Below are positions 11,981 through 20,048 of a stretch of 35,763 bases of DNA, one piece after another. The notes under the pieces are model-generated. The model searched no databases. It saw only the letters and a program-made list of their open reading frames with translations, and was not told where the DNA came from. Each line of letters begins with the position of its first letter. Position 1 is the first letter of the stretch. The stretch spans positions 1 through 35,763 of the forward strand of contig JBKAGE010000072.1 of NCBI GenBank assembly GCA_046290225.1, given 5' to 3'. The DNA is from Bradymonadia bacterium (lineage in GTDB: Bacteria > Myxococcota_A > Bradymonadia > UBA7976 > UBA1532). Both the position numbers and the translations under genes were made by a program.

Positions 11981-13128
11981 TCCGGGCGCTCCCTCTGGCC
12001 CTGCGCTACCTGTGGGCTCACCCCCTCGGGGCGTTGATCCGGGTGGCGTGTGTGGCCATCACCCTCGCCCTGCCCCTCGTGGTGCACGTGCTCGTCGATC
12101 ACTACGCCCACCTGCTCACCGCGCGGGCCGAGGTCACCCCTCTGGTCCTCGGCGCCCCGGGCAGTCGGCACGATCTGATCATGACCACCCTCTACTTCCG
12201 GCCCACGCCCGTGCCCCCCATCACGCAGGGGGCCGCCATGCAGATTCAGGAGACAGATCGCGGGCTGGTGATCCCCCTGCACACGCGGTTCACCGCTCGG
12301 GGATGGCCGGTGGTGGGCACCACCCCGGACTACTTCTCGTTTCGGGCGCTGAAGCCAGCTCAGGGGCGTCTACCCCTCATCATCGGCGAGGCCGTGGTGG
12401 GCGCTCGGGTCGCCGAGGATCTCAAGCTCGCGCCAGGGGGCACGGTCATCTCCGACCAGAAGAGCCTCTACAACCTCGCCGCCACGTATCCGCTCAAGAT
12501 GAAGGTGGTGGGGGTGCTTCCACCCACCGGCAGCGCCGATGACGAGGCGGTCTTCGTCGACGTGAAGACCGCCTGGATCATCGAGGGGCTCGCCCACGGC
12601 CACCAGGACGTCTCCGACGAGGCGGCTCCGGGAGAGACCAACGTCAAGGCCAACCCCGGCCTGGTGGAGTTTCAAGAGGTCACCCCCGAGAACATGCACA
12701 CCTTCCACATGCACGGCGATCCCGAAGGATTCCCCCTCACCGCTGCCCTGGTGGTGCCCCACAGCCCACGGGATCGCACAGTGCTCACCGCGCAGGTGAA
12801 CGCCGACACCGAAGGGCCACAGCTTGTGGCCCCTGCAGCGGTCATCGAGGAGATCCTCGCGGTGGTGTTCAAGGTGAAGCGGTTCCTCGATCTGCATGGC
12901 CTCGTGGTGGCGATCTCCACGGCGCTGTTGTTGGCGCTGGTGGTGGTGCTGGGGTTGCGGTTGAGGCGCCCGGAGATGCAGACCCTCAAGCTGATGGGGG
13001 CCAGCCGAGGGGTGATCTTCTGGGTGAACGCCTGGGAATGGATCGGCGTGTTCGTCTTTGGGGCGACGATCGCCCTGCTGCTCACCTGGGGCGCCCTCGA
13101 ATGGGCCCCGGCCCTGGTGGGCTTGTGA
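11977..13128 (+). CDS. ABC transporter permease, FtsX/MacB-like. GTG start overlaps the ATPase stop (GTGA). The six-frame ORF from 11770 is an overextension.
   Basis: N-terminal TM (LIRVACVAITLALPLVV), large periplasmic domain, C-terminal FtsX-like 3-TM bundle (LVVAISTALLLALVVVLG ... GVFVFGATIALLLTW). Confidence 0.75.
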   Translation: MIRALPLALRYLWAHPLGALIRVACVAITLALPLVVHVLVDHYAHLLTARAEVTPLVLGAPGSRHDLIMTTLYFRPTPVPPITQGAAMQIQETDRGLVIPLHTRFTARGWPVVGTTPDYFSFRALKPAQGRLPLIIGEAVVGARVAEDLKLAPGGTVISDQKSLYNLAATYPLKMKVVGVLPPTGSADDEAVFVDVKTAWIIEGLAHGHQDVSDEAAPGETNVKANPGLVEFQEVTPENMHTFHMHGDPEGFPLTAALVVPHSPRDRTVLTAQVNADTEGPQLVAPAAVIEEILAVVFKVKRFLDLHGLVVAISTALLLALVVVLGLRLRRPEMQTLKLMGASRGVIFWVNAWEWIGVFVFGATIALLLTWGALEWAPALVGL

Positions 13129-13142
13129 TGCAAGGAGCGAGG

Positions 13143-14171
13143 ATGGCCAGTGGAGCATGGATGCTGTTGGGCGGAGTGATGCTCGTGGCGACGGCCTGTG
13201 GCGAGAAGGCCAGCGGGCCGTCGAAGGCGCCCCAAGACACAGCCGAGACCGGGCAGAAAGCCACCGCGACCGCGCTGAAGGTGACCACAGGCTTCTACCC
13301 CACGGCGTGGCTCACCGAGCGCATCGCCTCGGCGACCTCGGGGGCGGTCACGGTCCGCGATCTGTGCCCGCCCAAAGAAGATCCAGCGCTGTGGCTCCCC
13401 TCAGTGACCGAGCTGCTGGCTTTTCAGGAGTCGGATCTCGTCGTGCTCAATGGCGCCGACTTCGCCCAGTGGCCCAGCAAGGCCTCGCTGCCCATGTCCA
13501 AGGTGGTGGACTCTGCCCGAGCCTTCAAAGACGAGCTGCTCACCTACACCACCACGGTGACCCACAGCCACGGCCCCGGCGGCGCCCACACCCACGAAGG
13601 CATCGACGGTCACACCTGGGTCGACCCGATGACCGCGCTGCTCCAGGGCCGGGCGATCCACGCCGCCCTCGTCAAGGCGCGGCCCGATCTCGAAGGGCAG
13701 CTCGACACAGGCCTCGCGGCCTTGTCTGCCGATCTCAAGGGCCTCGACGCCAGCCTGCTCGCCCTGAGCGAGAAGCACCCCGATCTGAAGCTGCTCTCCG
13801 CCCACCTGGCCTTTGGCTACCTCGCGCGCCGCTACGGATGGGGCCTCGAAGATCTCGACCTCGATCCGAAACAACCGCTCACGGCGCCCCAGCTCGCCCG
13901 CATCGAACAGACCCTCGAGAAGCACCCCGCCAAGGTGTTGTTGTGGGAATCAGCCCCTTCAGAGGCCATCGCCGAGCAGCTGCAGAAGCAGTTTGGCATC
14001 GTCAGCGTGGTGTTCAGCACTGTAGAGCACGCGCCGACACAGGGTGACTATCGCTCTGCCATGGCACAGAACATCAAGGCCCTCGCTGCAGGCCTCGACA
14101 CAGCTGCGACACAACAGCCGATCAAAGATCCGGCCCCATCACCGCCTCCAACAGCGCCCGACTCACCATGA
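13143..14171 (+). CDS. ZnuA/TroA-family (cluster 9) periplasmic metal-binding lipoprotein.
   Basis: AAGGAG RBS 6-8 nt upstream of ATG 13143. Lipobox LVATAC. His-rich HSHGPGGAHTHEGIDGH. DGHTWVDP matches the DPHxWxDP motif. LSAHLAFGYLARRYG matches the H-x-x-F-x-Y-F C-lobe motif (from memory of ZnuA). Confidence 0.8.
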   Translation: MASGAWMLLGGVMLVATACGEKASGPSKAPQDTAETGQKATATALKVTTGFYPTAWLTERIASATSGAVTVRDLCPPKEDPALWLPSVTELLAFQESDLVVLNGADFAQWPSKASLPMSKVVDSARAFKDELLTYTTTVTHSHGPGGAHTHEGIDGHTWVDPMTALLQGRAIHAALVKARPDLEGQLDTGLAALSADLKGLDASLLALSEKHPDLKLLSAHLAFGYLARRYGWGLEDLDLDPKQPLTAPQLARIEQTLEKHPAKVLLWESAPSEAIAEQLQKQFGIVSVVFSTVEHAPTQGDYRSAMAQNIKALAAGLDTAATQQPIKDPAPSPPPTAPDSP

Positions 14172-15021
14172 CCCGCCCCTCGGCCCCCTCGGTGAAGCGC
14201 CCGGGGATGGGATCGAGCAAGCCATCGGGGGCATAGAGCCACTTCGGCGGCGGGGTGCGGCTGTGACTCAGCACCTCGCGCTCGGTGGCTTGAGCAGTGA
14301 TCTGCACACAGGCCACAGTGAGCTCTCCCTGTCCGCCTGCGGCTCGGGCGGCGTGGATCAGTCGATCACACACCCACTTCGGATCAGTGACGCGCTCGAG
14401 GACCAGCTCGGCGATGCGCGCCTCGTCGAGCACGGTGTGCACCTCGTGATTGCACAACACATAGAGATCGCCCTCGTGGGCCGGAAAAACACCATGGCCA
14501 GGCTTCAATGTGTGGTTGTGCGCGCCCATGGACTCAGTCACCACCTGCAACAGCGAGGGGTTCTCGGCGGTGATCTCTTCCAGGTCGCGTCCCTGCCGCT
14601 CGAGGTGGTGCGCCAGAGTGTGATCCTCGGTGAGGCGATGCAGATGACCTCTGTTCAAGCGGTACACCCGGCAACGACCCACGTGAACCACCTCAACCCA
14701 CTGCCCGCTGGCCCGCACAGCGGCCACGGTGGCACCGGTGCCCGCCCGCCCGGTGACGGGGGCGATGCGCAGGTGGGCCTGCTCCACGGCGCGGCTCAGG
14801 GCATTACACGCCGATCGGAGTGGGTCGATCACAAAGGGCTCGTGGATCGCCCAGACTGCGATCTTGGAGGCCACAGCCCCCGCAGCCGTCGGCGAAGCGC
14901 CACCGATGACGCACAGGCCCGACTCGGGATCGATGCGCACATCATGTGTGCTTTGCACGTCGCTGGCATCGACGCAGAAGTGACCATGCAGCGTGAAGTG
15001 TGTGGACATGGGGGCGTTCAT
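14122..15021 (-). CDS. PP2C-fold (PPM family) protein with degenerate metal-binding motifs, a candidate pseudophosphatase. It overlaps the 3' end of the ZnuA-like gene convergently by about 50 bp. The start is uncertain (ATG 15021 or 15009; the ORF extends to 15132).
   Basis: Alignment by eye to B. subtilis PrpC: AGAVASKIAV vs AGDVASKMAV; GTGATVAAV...VVHVGRCRVYRL...LTEDHT vs GMGTTIVCA...VAHIGDSRCYLL...VTEDHS; GDLYVLCNHEV vs GDKLLLCSDGL. The three Asp-containing motifs (DGMGG, GDSR, SDGL) are replaced by IGGAS, GRCR and NHEV. Confidence 0.6.
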   Translation of the reverse strand: MNAPMSTHFTLHGHFCVDASDVQSTHDVRIDPESGLCVIGGASPTAAGAVASKIAVWAIHEPFVIDPLRSACNALSRAVEQAHLRIAPVTGRAGTGATVAAVRASGQWVEVVHVGRCRVYRLNRGHLHRLTEDHTLAHHLERQGRDLEEITAENPSLLQVVTESMGAHNHTLKPGHGVFPAHEGDLYVLCNHEVHTVLDEARIAELVLERVTDPKWVCDRLIHAARAAGGQGELTVACVQITAQATEREVLSHSRTPPPKWLYAPDGLLDPIPGRFTEGAEGRVMVSRALLEAVMGPDL

Positions 15022-15058
15022 ACACTGGATTACGGCCGCCCGGGCGCAGCCTCTTGAA

Positions 15059-15271
15059 TCATTGAGACTGAAACAGATGGATCGAACGCACCTGATGGGT
15101 CCACCAGGCAATGTGTTGCCAGGGCGGCTCACCTGTCTCAGGGGCGATGCGCTCGATCAAAGTGGCGTTACGGGCCGCGATCTCACCGGCAGGTGGATGC
15201 TTAATTTTACGCCCTTGAGCTGTGGAGCTGAGGGCGATCGAGAGGAGAACGGCGAGCGTGAGTGTGCGCAT
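15059..15271 (-). CDS. Possible small secreted protein (70 aa, signal peptide MRTLTLAVLLSIALSSTAQG).
   Basis: Lies in a lower-GC stretch (15060-15480). Clear signal-peptide-like N-terminus. No recognisable domain. Confidence 0.3.
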   Translation of the reverse strand: MRTLTLAVLLSIALSSTAQGRKIKHPPAGEIAARNATLIERIAPETGEPPWQHIAWWTHQVRSIHLFQSQ

Positions 15272-15479
15272 GTTGAAGGCTACGCACCATAAGCGCAGAA
15301 GATCTCAACGCTTACGGTCACAGTGTGGAAAAACTTGAGCAAACCACCAAAACCTACTTTTGCCTACAATCTCCGTAATCTTCCTCAGGCGGCGTTGATC
15401 GACCCCCTCTCCCTCATGATAATGGCCCGACCATGCCCGTTGGGAGTTCACCCGGGGCCGGCAAAGGTGGTGAAGACCA

Positions 15480-17264
15480 TTGAAATTTTTCGACGCGCTC
15501 AGGCAATCCTCCACCCCCTTCCTGCTCATGGGCACGATGGTGGTGGCAGGCTGTGGTCAGGAGGGGGTCAGCGATGACCCGGTGACCGGCGGCATGCTCG
15601 GTGAAAACGCCGGCGCCGCTGGCGGCGCTGGCGGCGTGGCCGGTGGCGGTGAAGATCCCCTCGAGCCCATCATGCCCACCTGTGACGCAGGGAACATGGA
15701 TCCCGGCCCCGCGTTGATTCGTCGGCTCACCCGCCAGGAATACAACAACAGCGTCCGCGATCTCTTCGGCTTCGACTCGATGTCCATCGCCGACGAGTTC
15801 CTCCCTGAAGAGGAGATGCTGGGCTTCAACAACCAGGCGGCTTCCCTGCAGGTCTCCCCGGTGCACGTCGAAGAGTACATGAACGCCTCGGAGGCCATCG
15901 CCCGCCGGGCGGTGAGCGAGCGCTACCTCGACCTCGTCGGCGTCGCCCCTGCTGATCTCACCGGCGAAGCCCTCGACGCCTTCATCCTCGACTTCGGCAT
16001 GAAGGTGTGGCGCCGCCCCCTCGAGATGGCCGAGCAGGTGGCGCTCCGAGGCCTCGCCGATCAGGCCGAGGGCCTGATGCCCGACCAGGTCTGGGGCGAG
16101 GCCGCCGTCGAGGTCGTGCTCCGGGCCATGCTGCAGTCGCCGAACTTCCTGTTCCGCATCGAGGTGGGTGAGCCCATGGCCGAGCGCCCGGGTGTCGCCG
16201 CGCTCAACGCCTACGAGATCGCCACTCGCCTGTCGTACCTCATCTGGCAGAGCACCCCCGACGACGCCCTGCTTGAGGCCGCCGGCTCGGGGCGTCTGGT
16301 CACGCCGGAGGAGATTCAGGCGCAGACCCGCCGCATGCTCGAAGACGATCGCGCCCGCTCGGCCATGATGGACTTCTTCGATCAGTGGCTGCGGGTGGGG
16401 CACCTCGAGGAGGTGGATCCTGATCCGAACTACGTAGAGAACTTCGATCCCGAGATCGTGCCCCTCTTCGAGCAGGAGACCCATCGGTTCCTCGAGGCTC
16501 TGGTCTGGGGCGAGGGCACACACGATCTGCGGCAGCTCTTCACCGCCCCCTTCACCTTCGTGAACGCCACCCTCGCCGAGCACTACGGCCTCGACCACCT
16601 CATCGAAGAGGGTGCCGTCGGCGAAGAGTTCACCCGCGTGGCCCTCGACGGCGAGACCCGCCGGGGCGTGCTCACTCAGGCCTCGGTCCTGTCGGTGACG
16701 AGCAAGCCCAACATGACCAACCCCATCGAGCGCGGCCTCTACGTGCGCAGCCAGATCCTGTGTCACGTGCTGCCCTCCCCGCCGGCCGATCTGGCGGTGG
16801 TGGCTCCGGAGCCCGATCTCAGCCGCCCCACCCGGGAGATCTTCGCTCAGCACTCCAACGACAACGCCTGCATCGGCTGTCACTCCCTCATCGATCCCGT
16901 GGGCTTCGCCTTCGAGCACTACGACCCGGTGGGTCGCTGGCGCGACTTCGAGCGCGAGTTCCCTGTGGACGCCAGCGGCGCCCTCACGGCCACCGACGAC
17001 GCCAACGGCGAGTTCTACGGGGTGGTCGAGATGAGCGATCTGCTCGGTGAGTCGGAGCAAGTGCAGCGCTGTATCTCGACCCAGGTCTTCCGCTTTGCCT
17101 TTGGTCGGGGGGAGACTGCAGCCGATGACTGTACTCTGGACGACGCGTACGACCACTATGCAGAGTCCGGGTACGACTTCCTGGCTTTGGTGGAGCACCT
17201 GACGATGAGCGAGGCCTTCCGTTACCGCCGCCTTGACGGCTTCCCCACCGAGGGGGGCCAGTGA
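15480..17264 (+). CDS. DUF1592/DUF1587/DUF1595/DUF1585/DUF1588-family lipoprotein (Planctomycete-type PSD/PSCyt architecture) with a CXXCH heme-binding-like motif.
   Basis: TTG start with AAGGTGGTG RBS. Lipobox LLMGTMVVAGC. Hallmark N-terminal RRLTRQEYNNSVRDLFG. C-terminal CIGCHSLIDPVGFAFEHYD. Confidence 0.8.
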   Translation: MKFFDALRQSSTPFLLMGTMVVAGCGQEGVSDDPVTGGMLGENAGAAGGAGGVAGGGEDPLEPIMPTCDAGNMDPGPALIRRLTRQEYNNSVRDLFGFDSMSIADEFLPEEEMLGFNNQAASLQVSPVHVEEYMNASEAIARRAVSERYLDLVGVAPADLTGEALDAFILDFGMKVWRRPLEMAEQVALRGLADQAEGLMPDQVWGEAAVEVVLRAMLQSPNFLFRIEVGEPMAERPGVAALNAYEIATRLSYLIWQSTPDDALLEAAGSGRLVTPEEIQAQTRRMLEDDRARSAMMDFFDQWLRVGHLEEVDPDPNYVENFDPEIVPLFEQETHRFLEALVWGEGTHDLRQLFTAPFTFVNATLAEHYGLDHLIEEGAVGEEFTRVALDGETRRGVLTQASVLSVTSKPNMTNPIERGLYVRSQILCHVLPSPPADLAVVAPEPDLSRPTREIFAQHSNDNACIGCHSLIDPVGFAFEHYDPVGRWRDFEREFPVDASGALTATDDANGEFYGVVEMSDLLGESEQVQRCISTQVFRFAFGRGETAADDCTLDDAYDHYAESGYDFLALVEHLTMSEAFRYRRLDGFPTEGGQ

Positions 17265-18640
17265 TGTCCAAGTACGGTATGTCGAACGCCAGGATGTCGG
17301 CCACTCGGCGCATCAGCCGCCGCAACTTCATCCGTGGGGCCGCCGGCGGCCTCATGGCCCTGCCCCTTTTGAGCGAGCTCGGCGGCGGCGTGGCCCGGGC
17401 GCAGGCTCAGGAGGCGTTCCCCAAGCGCTTCATCGTCTTCTTCCAGCCCAACGGCACCCTCAAAGAGCTCTGGAGCCCCCAAGGCCAGGGCGCCGACATG
17501 GTGCTGCCGGAGCTGCTGGCTCCCCTCACCCCCTTCAAAGATCAGCTGAACATCTTCGACGGGGTGGACAACACTGTGGGCCACATGGGCCCTGGCGGTC
17601 CGCACCATCGCAGCATTTCTTCGGTGCTCACGGGGGCCATCATCCAAGAGGGTGACTTCGTCTCCAACGACGGCCGCCGTGCCGGCTGGTCCGGTGGCGC
17701 ATCCCTCGATCAGATCATGGTGGACGCCCTGAATCCCCCGACGCAGTTCGGCAGCCTCGAGCTGGGGGTGAACGTCCGCGAGAACGTGCCCATGGGCCGC
17801 ATGATCTACCGCGGCGCAGGTCAGCCTCTGGCCCCGGAGAACGATCCCCGGGCGGCCTACGATCGCTTGTTCTCCATGGTGAGTCAGGCCCCGGGCGAGC
17901 TCGACAAGCTCGCCCTGCAGCGCCGCTCGGTCCTCGATGTGCTTAAGGCCGACTTCAGCCGCCTCAACCGCAAGCTGGCCACCCCAGATCGCGAGAAGCT
18001 GGGGCAGCACCTCGACTCGGTCCGGGCCCTGGAGCGCCGCCTGGGCATTGTGGGCTCAATGAACGACGCCTGCGCCAACCTCGCTCGTCCGCCGGAGATG
18101 GACGTCACCGACGAGGAGCTGATCGAGGCGGTGATGCGCCTTCAGATCGACATTCTGGTGACGGCGATGTCGTGTGATCTGACCCGTATCGGCAGCATCC
18201 AGTCGTCCTCGGCCTTCAACAAGATCCGCTTCAAGTTCCTCGGCCTCGACGATCGCGACGGACACTCGCTGTCACACGCCGGCGACAACAACATGGATCT
18301 CCAAGAGAAGTGGCGCCGCATGCTGACGTGGTACTCCACGCAGTTCGCCTACCTGCTCGAGCGCCTGGCCTCGGTGCCCGAAGGCGACGGCACGATGCTC
18401 GACAACACGATCGTGCTCTGGTGCTCGGAGCTGAGCCGCGGCAACACCCACAACCTGAACGATCTGCCCTTCCTGCTCGCAGGGAAGGGTGGCGGGGCCC
18501 TGCAGACGGGCCGCCACCTGGTCTACGACGGTGTACCCCACAATGATTTGTTGCTGGCGGTGCTGAAGGCCATGGATGTGGAGCAGGCGACGATTGGGCA
18601 TGCGGAGCTTTGCTCTGGGCCTTTGTCCGGAGTGCTTTAA
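17261..18640 (+). CDS. DUF1552 (HXXSHH-family) protein with a twin-arginine signal, the usual partner of DUF1592 proteins.
   Basis: TAT motif RRISRRNFIRGAAGGLMALPLL. HSLSHAGD matches the HxxSHH-type motif. 4-nt overlap with the upstream gene (GTGATG). Confidence 0.8.
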   Translation: MMSKYGMSNARMSATRRISRRNFIRGAAGGLMALPLLSELGGGVARAQAQEAFPKRFIVFFQPNGTLKELWSPQGQGADMVLPELLAPLTPFKDQLNIFDGVDNTVGHMGPGGPHHRSISSVLTGAIIQEGDFVSNDGRRAGWSGGASLDQIMVDALNPPTQFGSLELGVNVRENVPMGRMIYRGAGQPLAPENDPRAAYDRLFSMVSQAPGELDKLALQRRSVLDVLKADFSRLNRKLATPDREKLGQHLDSVRALERRLGIVGSMNDACANLARPPEMDVTDEELIEAVMRLQIDILVTAMSCDLTRIGSIQSSSAFNKIRFKFLGLDDRDGHSLSHAGDNNMDLQEKWRRMLTWYSTQFAYLLERLASVPEGDGTMLDNTIVLWCSELSRGNTHNLNDLPFLLAGKGGGALQTGRHLVYDGVPHNDLLLAVLKAMDVEQATIGHAELCSGPLSGVL

Positions 18641-18641
18641 A

Positions 18642-18704
18642 AGAGAGTTTTCGGGCACGGGCACGGGCACGGGCACGGGCACGAGTTGATTCGGGTGTTG
18701 ACCC
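18642..18704 (+). repeat. Left 63-bp terminal inverted repeat of a 297-bp element: aGAGAGTTTTC-(GGGCAC)x5-GAGTTGATTCGGGTGTTGACCC.
   Basis: Exact reverse complement of 18876-18938. Begins 2 nt after the TAA stop of the DUF1552 gene. Confidence 0.85.
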
Positions 18705-18875
18705 GTGGCCCTGCATGACTCCGCTCGTAGGTGTGTAATGCTCTACTCAGCCCCACGCTCTTCCTCATTGGAGGATTTGTGCTCCATACCTCCAAGACCT
18801 GAAGCCTCAAGCCATTCTGAAACACATCCACTCAGCATCAATGACAACCGTCGCCCTGAGTCCAGGAGGGGCTAC

Positions 18876-18938
18876 GGGTCAACACCCGAATCAACTCGTG
18901 CCCGTGCCCGTGCCCGTGCCCGTGCCCGAAAACTCTCT
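18876..18938 (-). repeat. Right 63-bp terminal inverted repeat (GGGTCAACACCCGAATCAACTC-(GTGCCC)x5-GAAAACTCTCt).
   Basis: Exact reverse complement of 18642-18704. Lies 36 nt downstream of the lipocalin gene stop, with the G-rich strand on that transcript. Confidence 0.85.
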
Positions 18939-18974
18939 CTGCGAGCGAAGCGAGGCCGCCAGGCCCCCTGCCCT

Positions 18975-19490
18975 TCATCTCTGCGGCATCAACTCCAGCT
19001 TCCCCACGGCAAAATGGTTCGCCTTCAGCCGCTCGATGATCCCCACATACACCTTCGGATCCATCTTCGGCGTGCGGGCCATGATCCACAGATGCTTCCG
19101 TGTGGGCTCACTCACCACGGTCCACTGATAGCCCGGGTCGAGATCGATGACCCAATAGTCGTAGTCGAAGAACACATAGAACGTAGACTCGAAGCGACCA
19201 TCCTTGCCATCGCCCTCGCGATCGACTGACCCTTCGAGGGTCTTCAGCTCGCCGTCGAAGCCCCCGATCCAGCACTTGTCCACCAGATCGAACTCGTCTT
19301 CGTCATCGAGGGTGTAGATGGCCTGCATGCCATAGCAGTTCTTCTGCTCGTCTTCGGGGAAGCTGGCGATGACGTACCACGTGCCCATGTACCGCTCGAG
19401 ATCGACCTTCGACACGGCCTCGAGCTTGGGCTTGGCCCAAGCAGTCGAGCACATGCAGAGCATGAACAGGAGAAGTCGCAGGGTGTGCAT
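18975..19490 (-). CDS. blc: Bacterial lipocalin (Blc-like outer-membrane lipoprotein).
   Basis: Lipobox FMLCMCS. Lipocalin SCR1 motif VDLERYMGTWYVIA. C-terminal WTVVSEPTRKHLWIMARTP. GGAG SD 8 nt upstream of ATG 19490 (the ORF extends to 19514). Confidence 0.8.
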   Translation of the reverse strand: MHTLRLLLFMLCMCSTAWAKPKLEAVSKVDLERYMGTWYVIASFPEDEQKNCYGMQAIYTLDDEDEFDLVDKCWIGGFDGELKTLEGSVDREGDGKDGRFESTFYVFFDYDYWVIDLDPGYQWTVVSEPTRKHLWIMARTPKMDPKVYVGIIERLKANHFAVGKLELMPQR

Positions 19491-19537
19491 CGTCGGTCTC
19501 CGTAGCGGTATCATCCCCCAGCGATTGGGAGAGCGAG

Positions 19538-20023
19538 ATGAACCATAACCCGCAACGCACGACGAAACCCAGCCTGTGGCTCATGGTGCCCCTGCGACTG
19601 CTGCAGGCCTTCATCGGGTTGATTCTGCTGGCCACGGCCCTGGGCAAAAGCCTCGACATCCCAGGTTTTGCCGACGTGGTGGGCACTTACCAGGTGCTGC
19701 CGGAATGGAGCTGGATGCTGGTGGCGGTGGGCATGACGGGTTTCGAGTGGGTGCTTGGCGCCTGGCTGCTCTCAGGACGTAAACTGACACAGGCGGCCCT
19801 GGTGAGCGCGGCGCTACACACGGCATTCTTCGGCTGGGCGAGCCTGGCGCTGTATCGCGGGCTCGAGCTGTCCAACTGTGGATGCTTCGGGGTGTTCCTG
19901 GCCCGGCCGCTGACGACGGCGACGCTGTGGGAGGACGGCTTCATGGTGGGGTTCTCGCTAGCGCTGGCGCTGCTGGCGAGGCTGCACACATGCTCGATGA
20001 CCCAGCCTGCCCTCTCCTCATGA
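19538..20023 (+). CDS. MauE/DoxX-like small integral membrane protein (CGCFG motif).
   Basis: 161 aa, 4 predicted TM helices. Motif SNCGCFGVFLARPL is characteristic of the MauE family (from memory). GGGAGAGCGAG SD. Confidence 0.6.
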   Translation: MNHNPQRTTKPSLWLMVPLRLLQAFIGLILLATALGKSLDIPGFADVVGTYQVLPEWSWMLVAVGMTGFEWVLGAWLLSGRKLTQAALVSAALHTAFFGWASLALYRGLELSNCGCFGVFLARPLTTATLWEDGFMVGFSLALALLARLHTCSMTQPALSS

Positions 20024-20048
20024 CGACATCCCAGGTCTATCTTGATGC

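Noticed and set aside
11168-13158. Minus-strand ORFs 11168..11959 and 12370..13158; plus-strand 11919..12542
   Set aside because: They overlap the ABC ATPase and permease, which have canonical Walker and FtsX features.
14044-17198. ORFs 14044..15057 (+) and 15414..17198 (-)
   Set aside because: They are antisense to the PP2C-like gene and the DUF1592 gene respectively. No motifs.
17222-18010. ORF 17222..18010 (-)
   Set aside because: It is antisense to the DUF1552 gene.
18637-19229. ORFs 18637..18831 (-), 18705..19229 (+) and 18841..19128 (+) encoding CPCPCPCP / RARARARA / VPVPVPVP
   Set aside because: These are translations of the GGGCAC hexamer repeats and cross the inverted-repeat arms. 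The element was also not called a CRISPR array because the units are 6 nt with no spacers.
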